Notes: a model not told the origin generated them from the sequence alone. A stretch of 63,546 nucleotides of DNA, filler included, from Octopus bimaculoides (GCF_001194135.2; 5 parts of 4 records of this genome joined end to end with filler, not necessarily neighbours in it), one strand, 5' to 3'. Counted from the first letter of the whole stretch, positions 1-12,828 are shown. A program made the numbers and translations.

Positions 1-36
<36 letters not shown>

Positions 37-205
37 CCATTATTTGCGTCCCAGTGTGTGTTGGCGTGTGCGTAAGTGTCATTGTGTAATGTTAGGATTT
101 ATTGATTAAAGACAAATGGTTTCAGGTGGATGAGAGTGGCCGAAGTCTGAGACGAGTGTGGAGTTGGTTTGTTGGTTTGTTGGTTGGTTGGCTGCAGAAG
201 ATACT

Positions 206-208
<3 letters not shown>

Positions 209-268
<60 letters not shown>

Positions 269-274
269 GAGAGA
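209..274 (+). repeat. (GA)n/(GACA) microsatellite
   Basis: Direct dinucleotide run. Confidence 0.95.
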
Positions 275-295
275 ATTATAATATAATTATGTGAA

Positions 296-593
296 ATGAG
301 AAGTGGGAAAGTTATAATTGGAGAGGGTAAGGAAGAAGGGAATACAGGAAAAAATGTGATAAAGGTAGGAAGGGAAGAAATGAAAAGGGAAAAAGAGGAG
401 AAAAATAAGATAGAGGTGGAGGAGGAGGTGGAGGGGACGGAAGAAGAAGGAAGAAGAAAGAAAAAGTGTGTGTGGGGGGGAAAGGAACGAGAAATTGGGA
501 AAGAAAGAGAAAGGAAAAACTAAAAAGAGAAGAAGTGGAGGAGAAGGAAAAGAGAGAAACTGTGAAAGAAAGAAAAACAGATGTAGAAAAAGA

Positions 594-643
<50 letters not shown>

Positions 644-1200
644 CAGCAGCAGCAACAGCAACAGAAGAAGAAGAAGAAGAAGAAGAAGAAGAAGAACGGA
701 GAAGAAGAAGAAGAACGGAGAAGAAGAAGAAGAAGAAGAAAAAGAAGAAGAACGGAGAAGAAGAAAAAGAAGAAGAAGAAGAAGAAGAAGAAGAAGAAGA
801 AGAAGAAGAAGAAGAAGAAGAACGGAGAAGAAGAAGAAGAAGAAGAAGAAGAAGAAGAAGGAGAAGAAGAAGAAGAAGAAGAAGAAGAAGGAGAAGAAGA
901 AGAAGAAGAAGAAGAAGAAGAAGAAGAAGAAGAAGAAGAAGAAGAACGGAGAAGAAGAAGAAGAAGAAGAAGAAGAAGAAGAAGGAGAAGAAGAAGAAGA
1001 AGAAGAAGAAGAAGGAGAAGAAGAAGAAGAAGAAGAAGAAGAACGGAGAAGAAGAAGAAGAAGAAGAAGAAGAAGAAGAAGAAGAAGAAGAAGAAGAAGA
1101 AGAAGAAGAATGGAAAAGAAGAAGAAGAAGAAGAAGAAAAATGGAAAAGAAGAAGAAGAAGAAGAAGAAGAAGAAGAAGAAGAAGAAGAAGAAGAAGAAA
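296..1200 (+). repeat. Polypurine tract: (GTA)n at ~598-638, then a ~540-bp (GAA)n array with AACGGA/GGA variants
   Basis: Direct trinucleotide arrays; they explain the poly-E/K/R/S/F ORFs. Confidence 0.95.
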
Positions 1201-2925
1201 TGATAATCAACAAGAAATTTCCGGTGAGAGTGAAACTAGTAACATAATATAAACAGCAGCAACTAACAGGAAAAGAATTTAAAATGAAAAATATTTTTAA
1301 AAACCATGAAGGGAGAGTAATGTAAGAAAATAATGGAGAGAAGTTAGGCAGTAAATAACCAATTCACACACACATACACGACATGGACTCACGTGTGTAT
1401 AATTATGCGCGCGCATATGTATATGTCATACAGTGTACGACTCTGAATATGTGCCGCAAATAGTAATTTTACGACAGACGTTATAGAATATTCAAATGAG
1501 TTGACGTAATTCTATTCTTCTCTCTCTTTAAACTTTAAAGATTTCAAATACGAAAATGTAGTTTTGTAAGGTAAGCTGTCTTTAGATATGAATCTAATGC
1601 TTCGTAATTGCAGTTGAAAAATTCCAAATATATCGATCCATCGACAGACGTACAGTGTGAGATTGTAGGTTATTTTTATATTTTCTTTAATCATTACGAC
1701 TACAGTTCATACATACATTCATGCATACACATATACGCACATACATTCATGCATCCGCGAACACACACACACACATACATTTATACGTACGCGTATATAC
1801 ACATAATGGTTGCGACTCGATTTCGTTAAATTCCATCATTTGTTTGCTCTCTTAAATATGTTTTTTCATAAATATGCTTGAGATAGGACTTACGCCATTT
1901 TGTACAGATATGGCAATGATGGGTGCCTCTTGCAGTAGGTGTTGGAATAGTGTGTTGGTGAATCTTCTACCATTTTAGTTTGCTTTCTAATGCTCATTCA
2001 TCTCCACCCTTTCTGCAAGTACAGATCCCATATCATGTTTTTAAAACTCTCCTTAGTGTGTATGTATGTGTGTATATGTATGTATGTATATATATATATA
2101 TATATACATACATANNNNNNNNNNNNNNNNNNNNNNNNNNNNNNNNNNNNNNNNNNNNNNNNNNNNNNNNNNNNNNNNNNNNNNNNNNNNNNNNNNNNNN
2201 NNNNNNNNNNNNNNNNNNNNNNNNNNNNNNNNNNNNNNNNNNNNNNNNNNNNNNNNNNNNNNNNNNNNNNNNNNNNNNNNNNNNNNNNNNNNNNNNNNNN
2301 NNNNNNNNNNNNNNNNNNNNNNNNNNNNNNNNNNNNNNNNNNNNNNNNNNNNNNNNNNNNNNNNNNNNNNNNNNNNNNNNNNNNNNNNNNNNNNNNNNNN
2401 NNNNNNNNNNNNNNNNNNNNNNNNNNNNNNNNNNNNNNNNNNNNNNNNNNNNNNNNNNNNNNNNNNNNNNNNNNNNNNNNNNNNNNNNNNNNNNNNNNNN
2501 NNNNNNNNNNNNNNNNNNNNNNNNNNNNNNNNNNNNNNNNNNNNNNNNNNNNNNNNNNNNNNNNNNNNNNNNNNNNNNNNNNNNNNNNNNNNNNNNNNNN
2601 NNNNNNNNNNNNNNNNNNNNNNNNNNNNNNNNNNNNNNNNNNNNNNNNNNNNNNNNNNNNNNNNNNNNNNNNNNNNNNNNNNNNNNNNNNNNNNNNNNNN
2701 NNNNNNNNNNNNNNNNNNNNNNNNNNNNNNNNNNNNNNNNNNNNNNNNNNNNNNNNNNNNNNNNNNNNNNNNNNNNNNNNNNNNNNNNNNNNNNNNNNNN
2801 NNNNNNNNNNNNNNNNNNNNNNNNNNNNNNNNNNNNNNNNNNNNNNNNNNNNNNNNNNNNNNNNNNNNNNNNNNNNNNNNNNNNNNNNNNNNNNNNNNNN
2901 NNNNNNNNNNNNNNNNNNNNNNNNN

Positions 2926-2972
<47 letters not shown>

Positions 2973-3664
2973 CACACGCACACACGCATAATATTATGTA
3001 TAAATGCGTTGTACAAGATGTGGCTATCAAAGAAAGTTCCTTTCTTTTTTCTTTTAGCTGCATTAATGTTTGTTTGTTCCTGAAATCTCTAGATTCTAAC
3101 TTAATTGATATGAAATATGTTAATTTAGTCCAGTTTTGGCCTCCATACATTTTATATATATAGAGGAAATATTGTGTGATAATTTGTTGGTGTAACCATG
3201 ATGTTCCGGTGATCTGGTGAGTTAGCTTGCTTTATTTAGACTAATTTACGAATATACAATTATATTATATAATGCTGAGCATACATATTTAATGCAGACA
3301 TGTACGAATAATGTCTTCCATATAGAAATTAAGACTTCACGAAAAAAGTTTGCAAAATCGCCGTAATCGTCACGTGGAAGTCACGTGGTTAAATAAGTAT
3401 ATATTCATCCCTTATAACTCCTGACTTGGTGATTACACACATACGCGCGCGCGCGCGCACATAATCAATTTATACTTCGAAGAATAAAAGAAAGAATAAT
3501 TTAATGCATGCTGTAGACAAAAGTTGATAAATTTTTCTTTGTATCCACGAAGAAAAATTTTTGTAAAGGCACTTTTTTTAAAGAAAAAGAATAGTAACAG
3601 ATTTGTTTTTCACGTTTAAAGCTGGTAGTTTTAAATTACAGTAACGGGAGGTAACCTATCTATT

Positions 3665-3728
<64 letters not shown>

Positions 3729-3879
3729 AAAAAGTTGTATCCGAAAGTGTGAAGAGGATAAATTTGGAAGAGATTTGACACGTGAATGCAATGTGGATGT
3801 GGTTGCAAAGCCGGCAGCGAATATATAGTCATTCACTGCGGGAGGACTGCTCACAGAACTATCCCTGTGAAGTGAAGAA

Positions 3880-4800
3880 AAAGAAATTCCTGCTAAGTTG
3901 ATGGATAAATTCTAGATACGGCCTAGAAGTATCAGCTGTAGTTGTGAAGAAATTAGATAGCTTGAGGGTTGTGCAACACACGAAGGCAACTTTCGCGGCG
4001 AAGTTAAGGGTTTCAAAATAATTTGCATCGCTGGAAGAACGCAGCTTTTTGTCTTTTTTTACCTCTTAAAGGATCGAGGGGTAGTAGGTATGTTTGTTCT
4101 AGGGCTGTCAGGTTGTAGGGCTTTCTTTTTCTTTTTCATTTTTTTTCCTTAGCTGGAACAGCTGCTACACAGATATGAAAAAAACACTTGAGGGAATAAA
4201 GTCATTTAATTTATGATGTATTTGGGAAGTGGAGAGTTAGTTTCAGTAAACTTCCTAGCAGTTTCTAGACTGAGAATGAAGCATGTAATGTGGTGGGTAG
4301 AGAGCAGAGAATGACAAGGTGTATTGTGTGTTATGTGGTTGTGTGTTGGGTAATTGCAATGGTGCAGTTGTTGGATGAACCGATAGATTCTGAGAGAGTT
4401 ACAGTTTGGAAGAGATTACATTTGGAGACGAGAAAAAATTCAAGTTTAATTGGAGTGTTTGTGTATCTATCGAAGGTATGTGTATGGAATGAGACAAGCT
4501 GAAGTAGAGATTTGAGGATTACAAAAGATTAGATTTCTGCACCGGAGACATCGGTATGGGTTCAATGAGAGAGCTACAAGCTACTGGAAGTTATTTAGGG
4601 CAGTGACTTTCGATTCATGTGAAGTAAGATTAGCTTTCCATTGTAGGTAGATACGTGATTAAAGGAATTCAGGTGGTTTGAGGAATGTAGAGCGTAGTAG
4701 AAGGGATAGATATATTTAGAAGAGTCATTTCGCGAGACTTTGAGCCTAACTCGTAAATTTGTAGAAAATGTGTTACTGCTAACTTGATTTATACCTTCGA
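3880..4800 (-). mobile_element. Decayed non-LTR retrotransposon (CR1/L2/Jockey-group) ORF2 fragment, APE endonuclease region
   Basis: Minus-strand translation ~4560-4350, THTDVSGAEI*SFVILKSLLQLVSFHTHTFDRYTNTPIKLEFFLVSKCNLFQTVTLSESIGSSNNCTIAI, resembles the LINE endonuclease C-terminus (QLV..PT...D......LDLFL......V..S..LGSSDH..I); contains stops and frameshifts. Confidence 0.55.
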
Positions 4801-5599
4801 TTTTACTAAGTATATAAAGGAAAAATTAGTATCAGTAAAAATAGTTTAAAGTGCTCTGCGGTAATTTATATTTCGTACGGCAAAAAATGAATGAATTTCT
4901 GAGAAATAAATCCATAGTGTTTTAGCAGGTAGAGAATGTTAAGTGTCCTACCGAAAAAAAAAAGAAGAAAAATCCTTGATTCAAGAAATGAATAAGCATT
5001 TGATAGATCAACCAAATTTGTTTAATCTGGGATTAAAGTGTGGTACCAAAGTGTTAAAGATACATGTTGAAGTGATGATATTTCATAAAAAGTTCGTTCA
5101 TATCTTATCCCTAAATAATTTCTTGAATCGTTGATATTCAAGATTAGCCTTTTCTCAGCTATACATTATTTGCACGTTTTAGATACATTAAATTTTTTTC
5201 TCTCTAAGATACCCCACTTAATGAAATATTACTATAATCTTTTCAGTGCCTTATGTACCTCGATATAGAAAAAAAAAATACTCTAGTGCCAAACTTAGGT
5301 TTCAGATACATTGCTGGCAAGATTTTTGGCATAGGCAAGTCAATAATCGGAATTTTCTCCCTTGTCATCTACAGATCCCATTTGTAAGAGCCTTCTATAG
5401 TCAAATATTAATTTTTTAATATTTTAGACGTCGTCTACCATGAGCCATCTATAGCTGCTGTCACAGTTATCAGTCTGAGGACTGCATCCTCTCTTGTGAC
5501 GTTTACACATTTGGCGTCACTTCCTCAAGCATTGTCAAAAACTTTCTTTGATGTTGTAGACAACATGCAAACTTGTACTTGCGCCATTAAAAATTTAGA

Positions 5600-5720
5600 T
5601 TATTAGCAGTCATCAGGTATAGCCATAGAATTCAAGCAATCAATGTTTTTGCAAATATACCTGTTTAGAATGATGGTAAAGAGGTGAGAGAGTAATCTTA
5701 GTCTGTCTTTTATGCCATCA
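5600..5720 (-). mobile_element. Possible highly decayed LINE reverse-transcriptase fragment
   Basis: GIKDRLRLLSHLFTIILN...SMAIPDDC loosely fits GxxQGxxLSPxLFxI...YADD. Confidence 0.3.
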
Positions 5721-6399
5721 TGAAATACGGATAATTCATCACATCCTGGTATCTCAGAAGTGTCAGTCAGATTATATACTCAAATCGTTATTATAATAAA
5801 TTACTCCTAATTCCCAAATTTAATTAATACATATAAATTAACAACCAGAAATATTATTAATGTAAACCAATAGTAAATTGCCATATCCTGAAAAATTAAA
5901 ATTCTCAATATAAAATAAAATTTGGCTTAATTCTTTTACAGCGACTGGAATTTTGAAATAAATAAATAGATATAAAAAATATATATAAAAACAAATATAT
6001 TATATTATTTGAATCGATAAAGACAGCTATAAATTAGATGGACGTATTTATTCTAATTCTCTTCTCGAAATATATTCGTACAGCAAAATTCTCAGAAATT
6101 ATTCACCGAGCGCTGCATATTTTTTCTCATAAACAATAACGCGTACACTTTATATTCTCTCTGTTGGATATATGAATCATATCCAACATATTAGGATTAG
6201 TGCCTATTTAATTTCATTAGGCAGGACATATTGAAATAGATTTCTATTTGGAACAGTTGTGTTATAATTTTAGCAACAATTCTGCTTAGCTTGCACATCT
6301 AGCAATTGGCAAGTTGATAATGAGACTACGTCGAAGTTACGATATAAGAACGACAACATAAAACATACATGGATTTTGACGCATACAGGCAGACAGGTA

Positions 6400-6925
6400 C
6401 ACGCAAGCACGCAAGCACGCACACATACACACACACAGTCACACATATACACGCACACACAAACATAATAATACATATTTACAACTAACTCTTGAAGAGA
6501 CATTTGATATATATATATATACACATGCATACACACACACAGTATAGGATCACACACGCTTCAAGCACAAATATACACACACACGTGCACACACCACTCG
6601 AACAAGTGCACATTAACTGCTATACACAAGCGTTTGCACACACGATAGCCTCACGCACGTACTATACACATCCTCACACACATATATACACATTCATATG
6701 CACACGTACACACACACGCACACACACGCGCAAATACACGAAGCGCACATCACTTCACGCAATGCATGTACTAGGTTACTTGCACACATACACACACACC
6801 CTCCCAAATGCACACACAGACCCACATAATTTTAAGCTCGTTCACACATACATTCACACGTGTTCGCCACCATTGACACATACACACTCGCACAAACCAT
6901 TCTTACACATACACGCGCACTTGAG
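6400..6925 (+). repeat. Degenerate (CA)n-rich low-complexity tract
   Basis: CA/CACATA-rich sequence. Confidence 0.85.
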
Positions 6926-6989
6926 CACCCTAATTTAGCCGGGTCACCGTTATTATCTCCCTTTCATTCGCTCTTTTGTTTTCCGATCA

Positions 6990-7210
6990 TTTCATCATGT
7001 TGAGCCGTTAATCCCTACACATTTTTTTCTCTCTCCATTTTTACCTTTCGTTCTTTCTCCATATTTTTACTTTCAGCTCTTTCTGTCGAAGAGCGTAGTC
7101 TCGAAATGTCAAAAACATTTCTCTTCTTCCCGCCCGAGCGTCAGACTAATACACCTCTTTGCTGTTCCCTCACCAGTCTTCATCAATTGTTTTCTGTGAA
7201 TTTGAACTAT
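6990..7210 (+). mobile_element. Dispersed repeat family B (Penelope-terminus-like, HHR-like motif), diverged copy
   Basis: Homologous to 25690-25873 and 54332-54482 (CTTTCTGTCGAAGAGCGTAG.CTCGAAA.GT...CCCGAGCGT.A.ACTAATACA). Confidence 0.7.
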
Positions 7211-8778
7211 CTATTTATATTGTGTATGAGAGTGTGTGTGTATGTGTGTGCATATATATATATATANNNNNNNNNNNNNNNNNNNNNNNNNNNNNNNNNN
7301 NNNNNNNNNNNNNNNNNNNNNNNNNNNNNNNNNNNNNNNNNNNNNNNNNNNNNNNNNNNNNNNNNNNNNNNNNNNNNNNNNNNNNNNNNNNNNNNNNNNN
7401 NNNNNNNNNNNNNNNNNNNNNNNNNNNNNNNNNNNNNNNNNNNNNNNNNNNNNNNNNNNNNNNNNNNNNNNNNNNNNNNNNNNNNNNNNNNNNNNNNNNN
7501 NNNNNNNNNNNNNNNNNNNNNNNNNNNNNNNNNNNNNNNNNNNNNNNNNNNNNNNNNNNNNNNNNNNNNNNNNNNNNNNNNNNNNNNNNNNNNNNNNNNN
7601 NNNNNNNNNNNNNNNNNNNNNNNNNNNNNNNNNNNNNNNNNNNNNNNNNNNNNNNNNNNNNNNNNNNNNNNNNNNNNNNNNNNNNNNNNNNNNNNNNNNN
7701 NNNNNNNNNNNNNNNNNNNNNNNNNNNNNNNNNNNNNNNNNNNNNNNNNNNNNNNNNNNNNNNNNNNNNNNNNNNNNNNNNNNNNNNNNNNNNNNNNNNN
7801 NNNNNNNNNNNNNNNNNNNNNNNNNNNNNNNNNNNNNNNNNNNNNNNNNNNNNNNNNNNNNNNNNNNNNNNNNNNNNNNNNNNNNNNNNNNNNNNNNNNN
7901 NNNNNNNNNNNNNNNNNNNNNNNNNNNNNNNNNNNNNNNNNNNNNNNNNNNNNNNNNNNNNNNNNNNNNNNNNNNNNNNNNNNNNNNNNNNNNNNNNNNN
8001 NNNNNNNNNNNNNNNNNNNNNNNNNNNNNNNNNNNNNNNNNNNNNNNNNNNNNNNNNNNNNNNNNNNNNNNNNNNNNATATATATATATATATATAAATT
8101 TATATACGTAGAATAATAGATGCGTACGATCCAAATTTTGGGCATGATACATCTAATATAGATGACAGGTGGACAATAAGCGTCGTAAGTTACACAACTT
8201 CATCCCATGTTGAAGTCAAAGGAAATTTCCTAAGCTGACTGGGAATCGAAATGAAGCGATCGTGAGTACAACACCCTGGCCACTAGGCTCAGTGACTTGC
8301 TAGTATATCGGATAATACATACATGATATATGAAAGTCGTTTGAAGTTAACGCTTGAATGTAAAGGATCAATATGAAATGAAATGACGCTAGAACAATGC
8401 CATTCTTATTTTGCTTAAATGATATAACTTGCGTATTTTGTTTCGTTAGATTATTATACCAAGGAGAAATTTAAATGATTGAGGAGAAGCTTAAATGAAA
8501 GGAGTATGAATACATTAATGATTATTAACATTAACTAATTAACATTTGATTTCTTTCATAACAAGTAATGTTCTCGAATGTATTTTGATTATGAATGGTC
8601 AAATACTATTTTCTGGAAGGAATCTAAATTTCTTTTTTAACAGCAACCTTAAAAGGAATTAAAAAATGTTGGACTACATTTAGAACACAAATGTAGAAGC
8701 GTTAAGAGTTATGTAAATAAATCCTTATTAACAATGTATTTCTTTGTGAATTGATTAACAAAATTAAATCTTAAAATG

Positions 8779-9127
8779 CAGGGTGGCCCAAAAGTAGGTT
8801 TACACTTATCAGGTAGGAACTTTAGATTTCTTTTAAAACATTTTGTTACATTTAAATTTTTATCTTACAAACTGAAAAGGGAGCTTGACAAAATTAACTA
8901 AATTAGCATGGAATAATGTTTTCATATTTTTTTATCATTAAGATTTAAATTGTTAATCAGGAGTGGCTGTGTGGTAAGTAGCTTGCCCACCAACCATATC
9001 GTTCCGGGTTCAGTCCCACTGCGTGGCACCTTGGGCAAGTGTCTTCTACTATAGCCTCGGGCCGACCAAACCCTTGTGAGTGGATTTGGTAGACGGAAAC
9101 TGAAAGAAGCCCGTCGTATATATATAA

Positions 9128-9199
<72 letters not shown>

Positions 9200-9561
9200 N
9201 NNNNNNNNNNNNNNNNNNNNNNNNNNNNNNNNNNNNNNNNNNNNNNNNNNNNNNNNNNNNNNNNNNNNNNNNNNNNNNNNNNNNNNNNNNNNNNNNNNNN
9301 NNNNNNNNNNNNNNNNNNNNNNNNNNNNNNNNNNNNNNNNNNNNNNNNNNNNNNNNNNNNNNNNNNNNNNNNNNNNNNNNNNNNNNNNNNNNNNNNNNNN
9401 NNNNNNNNNNNNNNNNNNNNNNNNNNNNNNNNNNNNNNNNNNNNNNNNNNNNNNNNNNNNNNNNNNNNNNNNNNNNNNNNNNNNNNNNNNNNNNNNNNNN
9501 GAGAATATGAATGCGAAAGAGACAGTTGAATAACTGTAAACCTACTTTTGGACCACCCCCG
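8779..9561. mobile_element. Tc1/mariner-type MITE with ~27-bp TIRs, interrupted by a SINE and a gap
   Basis: Left CAGGGTGGCCCAAAAGTAGGTTTACA (8779-8804); right TGTAAACCTACTTTTGGACCACCCCCG followed by TA (9562-9563). Confidence 0.75.
8959..9120 (+). mobile_element. tRNA-derived SINE family 1, head
   Basis: AGGAGTGGCTGTGTGGTAAG (A box)...GGGTTCAGTCCC (B box)...GAAGCCCGTCGTATA, then internal (TA)n(TG)n; matches other copies in the window. Confidence 0.85.
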
Positions 9562-9967
9562 TATTTTAAGTAAAACTTCCTCAGATGGAAGAATAAAAAG
9601 GAATAGTTGCTTGCGGGACAAACTACGCATTTTCTTTAGCATGGGCAGGTTTCCACCTGTTTTTCATTCAAGGAATATTAAACCCAAATTTATAACAAAC
9701 CATTATTTATTGCTCACTTCATTTTGAAACATATCGTTGATAATGATTCCGCATGATAAATAATTATTTATCTTCTTTCAGTGTGTTAGAACCCCACTGA
9801 AAAGAGTTTGTAACGCATAAATAATTTCACAAGAAAATGAGCGTTCGCATCATCTAGGTTCTTAATTTACCCCCTTCCCCACACACATATGCGCGCATGC
9901 ACGTTTATATAGTGTGAGTTAACGTGCATGACATATGACCAGATGCTTTAAAGATTTGTATATAGCT

Positions 9968-10331
9968 TAGAGCCCGAATTCTCAACTATTTTCTTTTTAT
10001 CTTTTGACCCCATTGATTACTGTTTTATTCTGGTGGACCATCCCATTAGCCATTCAATGTTTAAAAACTAGTTTTATAGATAATTCTTTCAGAATTCCTA
10101 TTTTGTTTATCACTCTTTAACTTGTGTACGTTGAACTATGTTAAAATATTTGAAAAAGAAACCTAGCTATTTCTTGCCATACATACTAATACGTACATAT
10201 AAAGCAAATTTTTTTTCGGGGACATTTAAAAATGCTATTGTGCACTCCCAATTTACTATATTGTTGCGTGAACCTCCCAAAATCTGATATGGATGCTCAG
10301 AGACTATTTGGACCCCAACTGAGAACCACTG
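9968..10331. mobile_element. Probable hAT (Charlie-like) non-autonomous element
   Basis: Right end GACCCCAACTGAGAACCACTG, degenerate left end ...TTCTCAACT; typical CAGTGGTTCTCAA-type termini. Confidence 0.45.
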
Positions 10332-10670
10332 GCTCAGAGGTTTGTGGGTAGTTTAAAGTCTTATATATGGCTTAGAATCTTGTTGAGGGCTTAGTATTGC
10401 AGATGCCTTTCTTAATGGGGGTACTTCATGTTTTAAATACGATTTGCTCCAGCCAAACTTGTGTCCTTCAATTTAAAGGGCTTCATTAGTTTCTTATTTA
10501 TGTTTCTTTTAAAAAACTTTTATGCCTTCTTTTATCTTTAATTACTTTCTGTTTAACTATTATTCTGAAGAATACTCCTATTCATTGAAATAAGCTGGAG
10601 CAATTAGACCTTCACTAATGACTACTGCCACAAACAAACCCACCACCACCACCACTACCAGTATGCCCGT

Positions 10671-10853
10671 GGGCATATGGCGTAGTGGTTAAGCGCGCGG
10701 GCTACTAACCCCAAGATTCCGAGTTCGAGTCCAGGCAGTGACCTTAATAATAATAATAATAACAACATTAAAAAAACCTTAGGAATGAGAACCCAGGTTC
10801 AAAATTTCCTCAAGACACCTGATGAAGGCTGGAGGGTATATCAGCTGAAACTT
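10671..10853 (+). mobile_element. Chimeric SINE: tRNA-Arg-like head + (TAA)n + hammerhead-bearing tail (family A)
   Basis: GGGCATATGGCGTAGTGGTTAAGCGCG..CTAC..AAGATTCCGAGTTCGAGTCCAGGC aligns to eukaryotic tRNA-Arg(ACG) with A and B boxes; tail GACAC-CTGATGA-A-GGCTG..CAGCT-GAAAC. Confidence 0.8.
10814..10853 (+). ncRNA. Type I minimal hammerhead ribozyme motif, truncated at or near the cleavage site
   Basis: CUGAUGA core, extra A, 5-bp stem II (GGCUG/CAGCU), GAAAC; 3' strand of stem I is absent. Confidence 0.55.
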
Positions 10854-10930
10854 CTGAAAGTTATGAGGCTCCAACTGTGTAGAGGGCACATTTGTGAGTG
10901 TCCGCTCAAAATGTCCCCACAAACACCAAA
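10854..10930 (+). repeat. Fragment related to the foldback element arm at 22155-22203
   Basis: GAAAGTTATGAGGCTCCAACTGTGTAGAGGGCACATTTGTGAG vs GAAAGTTATGGGGTCGAATTGTGTAGACGGCACAGTTGTGAG. Confidence 0.6.
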
Positions 10931-11054
10931 ACTGAAATTGTGTAAAGTACAGTCTCTCTGAGGTCCTTGTTGTGACTTGACAAACAGTACAAACCCCCGG
11001 TAGATACAATATCTTCAATCAACAACCTCACGATATTGTATACTGTACGACGTC

Positions 11055-11199
<145 letters not shown>

Positions 11200-11487
11200 G
11201 GTACTGTGCAGCTGATAAGTTTCACTAGACAAACTACATCTCTAGTATAGTCTCTCTCGGTAGCCTCTTTCTTTGTCTTTCTGCCTGCCAGTCTGTCACT
11301 GTGTGTATATATGTATATATATAAACCAAATAAGAGAAGTGATAGCAGATATGTTTATTCAATTTGTTCATCGCTGTTTCGTTATCTTTCGTTGTTGCAG
11401 AATCGGTGCGCTGAATCGCCCTGCACATATATAAATAAGCATATAAATATGTGCACACACATACACAGACACATGTATGTATGTTTG

Positions 11488-11518
<31 letters not shown>

Positions 11519-11569
11519 GTATAAATATATAGATATAGATATAAATATAACAGTGCCTCTAACATAATG

Positions 11570-11810
11570 AACAGATTATTACCTGAATTGACGTGTAAGT
11601 CGATGAGCATTTAACAGACGTGTATACTACGTTGTTCTGAGACAGAGTTTGTGTAACACAGTGTGCGACAAGGCCGAAACTTTTGAATTACAGGTACAAT
11701 TAAACCAACGAGGTTCGTACAGTTTCTCTACTCTGTATGGGGTCGTCTCGAAGCAATAAAGAATAATCAAGTGGGATTGAACCAGGTACATTAAGGTTGC
11801 GAAGAGAACT
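11570..11810 (-). mobile_element. Degenerate SINE family 3 copy
   Basis: ACACAGTGTGCGACAAGGC...TTTGAATTACAGGTACAA is the reverse complement of the family 3 body. Confidence 0.45.
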
Positions 11811-12310
11811 TCTTAGCCATTCTGTCATACTGCTCATACGGTATGTGCGTGTGTTCTTGCGCATTTGTGTATCTGGATGAATGTATGTGTGTGCGAGTGG
11901 AGGAACACTGTGTGTATGTTAGAGAAAGAGAGGAGGGAGAAAGAGGGAGAGAGAGAGAGAAGAAAGATTTAAAGGGGTGAAAGAGATGTTCACAGGGATT
12001 ATTAGAGAGATTTGACTTTTTATTCATTAGACATAGTTTATAGATAAATAGACAAGATGACGTTGCCGATTGCTTACATTTACGATAAATTCAAATAAAT
12101 ATGAAGAATTTCTCATATAATCACTTAAGTATTGATGGGAAAAATATTAATTTCCACATAATTTTGATGCTCTCAGAAGCCCTCTTCCTATTCAGACTGT
12201 CTATAAAATTGTGCCTGGACGACAAAGTGACACTTTATAACTGTCATTGTCAAATCTGTTGACCACCGTCTTGTATGTATGCGAAAGGGACCACAAATTT
12301 CAACAATGGT

Positions 12311-12374
<64 letters not shown>

Positions 12375-12388
12375 GCAGCAGCAGCAGC
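12311..12388 (+). repeat. (AAC)n/(CAG)n microsatellite
   Basis: Direct. Confidence 0.95.
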
Positions 12389-12784
12389 AATAACAACAGC
12401 AGAAGTAGCAACAATAACAAGAATAAAGGCTCCAATATTTATAACTGGAAATCAAAAAAGCAAAAGAAGAAAGAAATCAACCCTACTTGTCATTACAAGA
12501 CAATATGTCTGCCGTTTCTTCTTATTTCTGCGTCTCCTTTGCTGATACTTGAAACCAGAAACATTAATAAGTTATCGTTAATGTTTTCTACTGCATCTTG
12601 TAGTTACATGGAAATTTCTCGTCGTCACCTATCAATATGGATTCTTTTCTTTTCTTATTTGCTTTCTATATCCTTCTGTGTCCTTTTCCTTTTCTCTTCC
12701 TCTTTTTCTACCCCCTTGTCTGTACAGTCATCGTCAGAAGCCCAATACTTCTCCTACTCCTCCTTCCACTTCTCATCCCCTCCC

Positions 12785-12785
<1 letters not shown>

Positions 12786-12828
<43 letters not shown>

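Noticed and set aside
287-1247. Long poly-S/F/L/E/K/R ORFs, and similar H-T, C-V, Y-I, poly-N/I ORFs throughout
   Set aside because: They are translations of microsatellites or read-through of N gaps, with no domain content.
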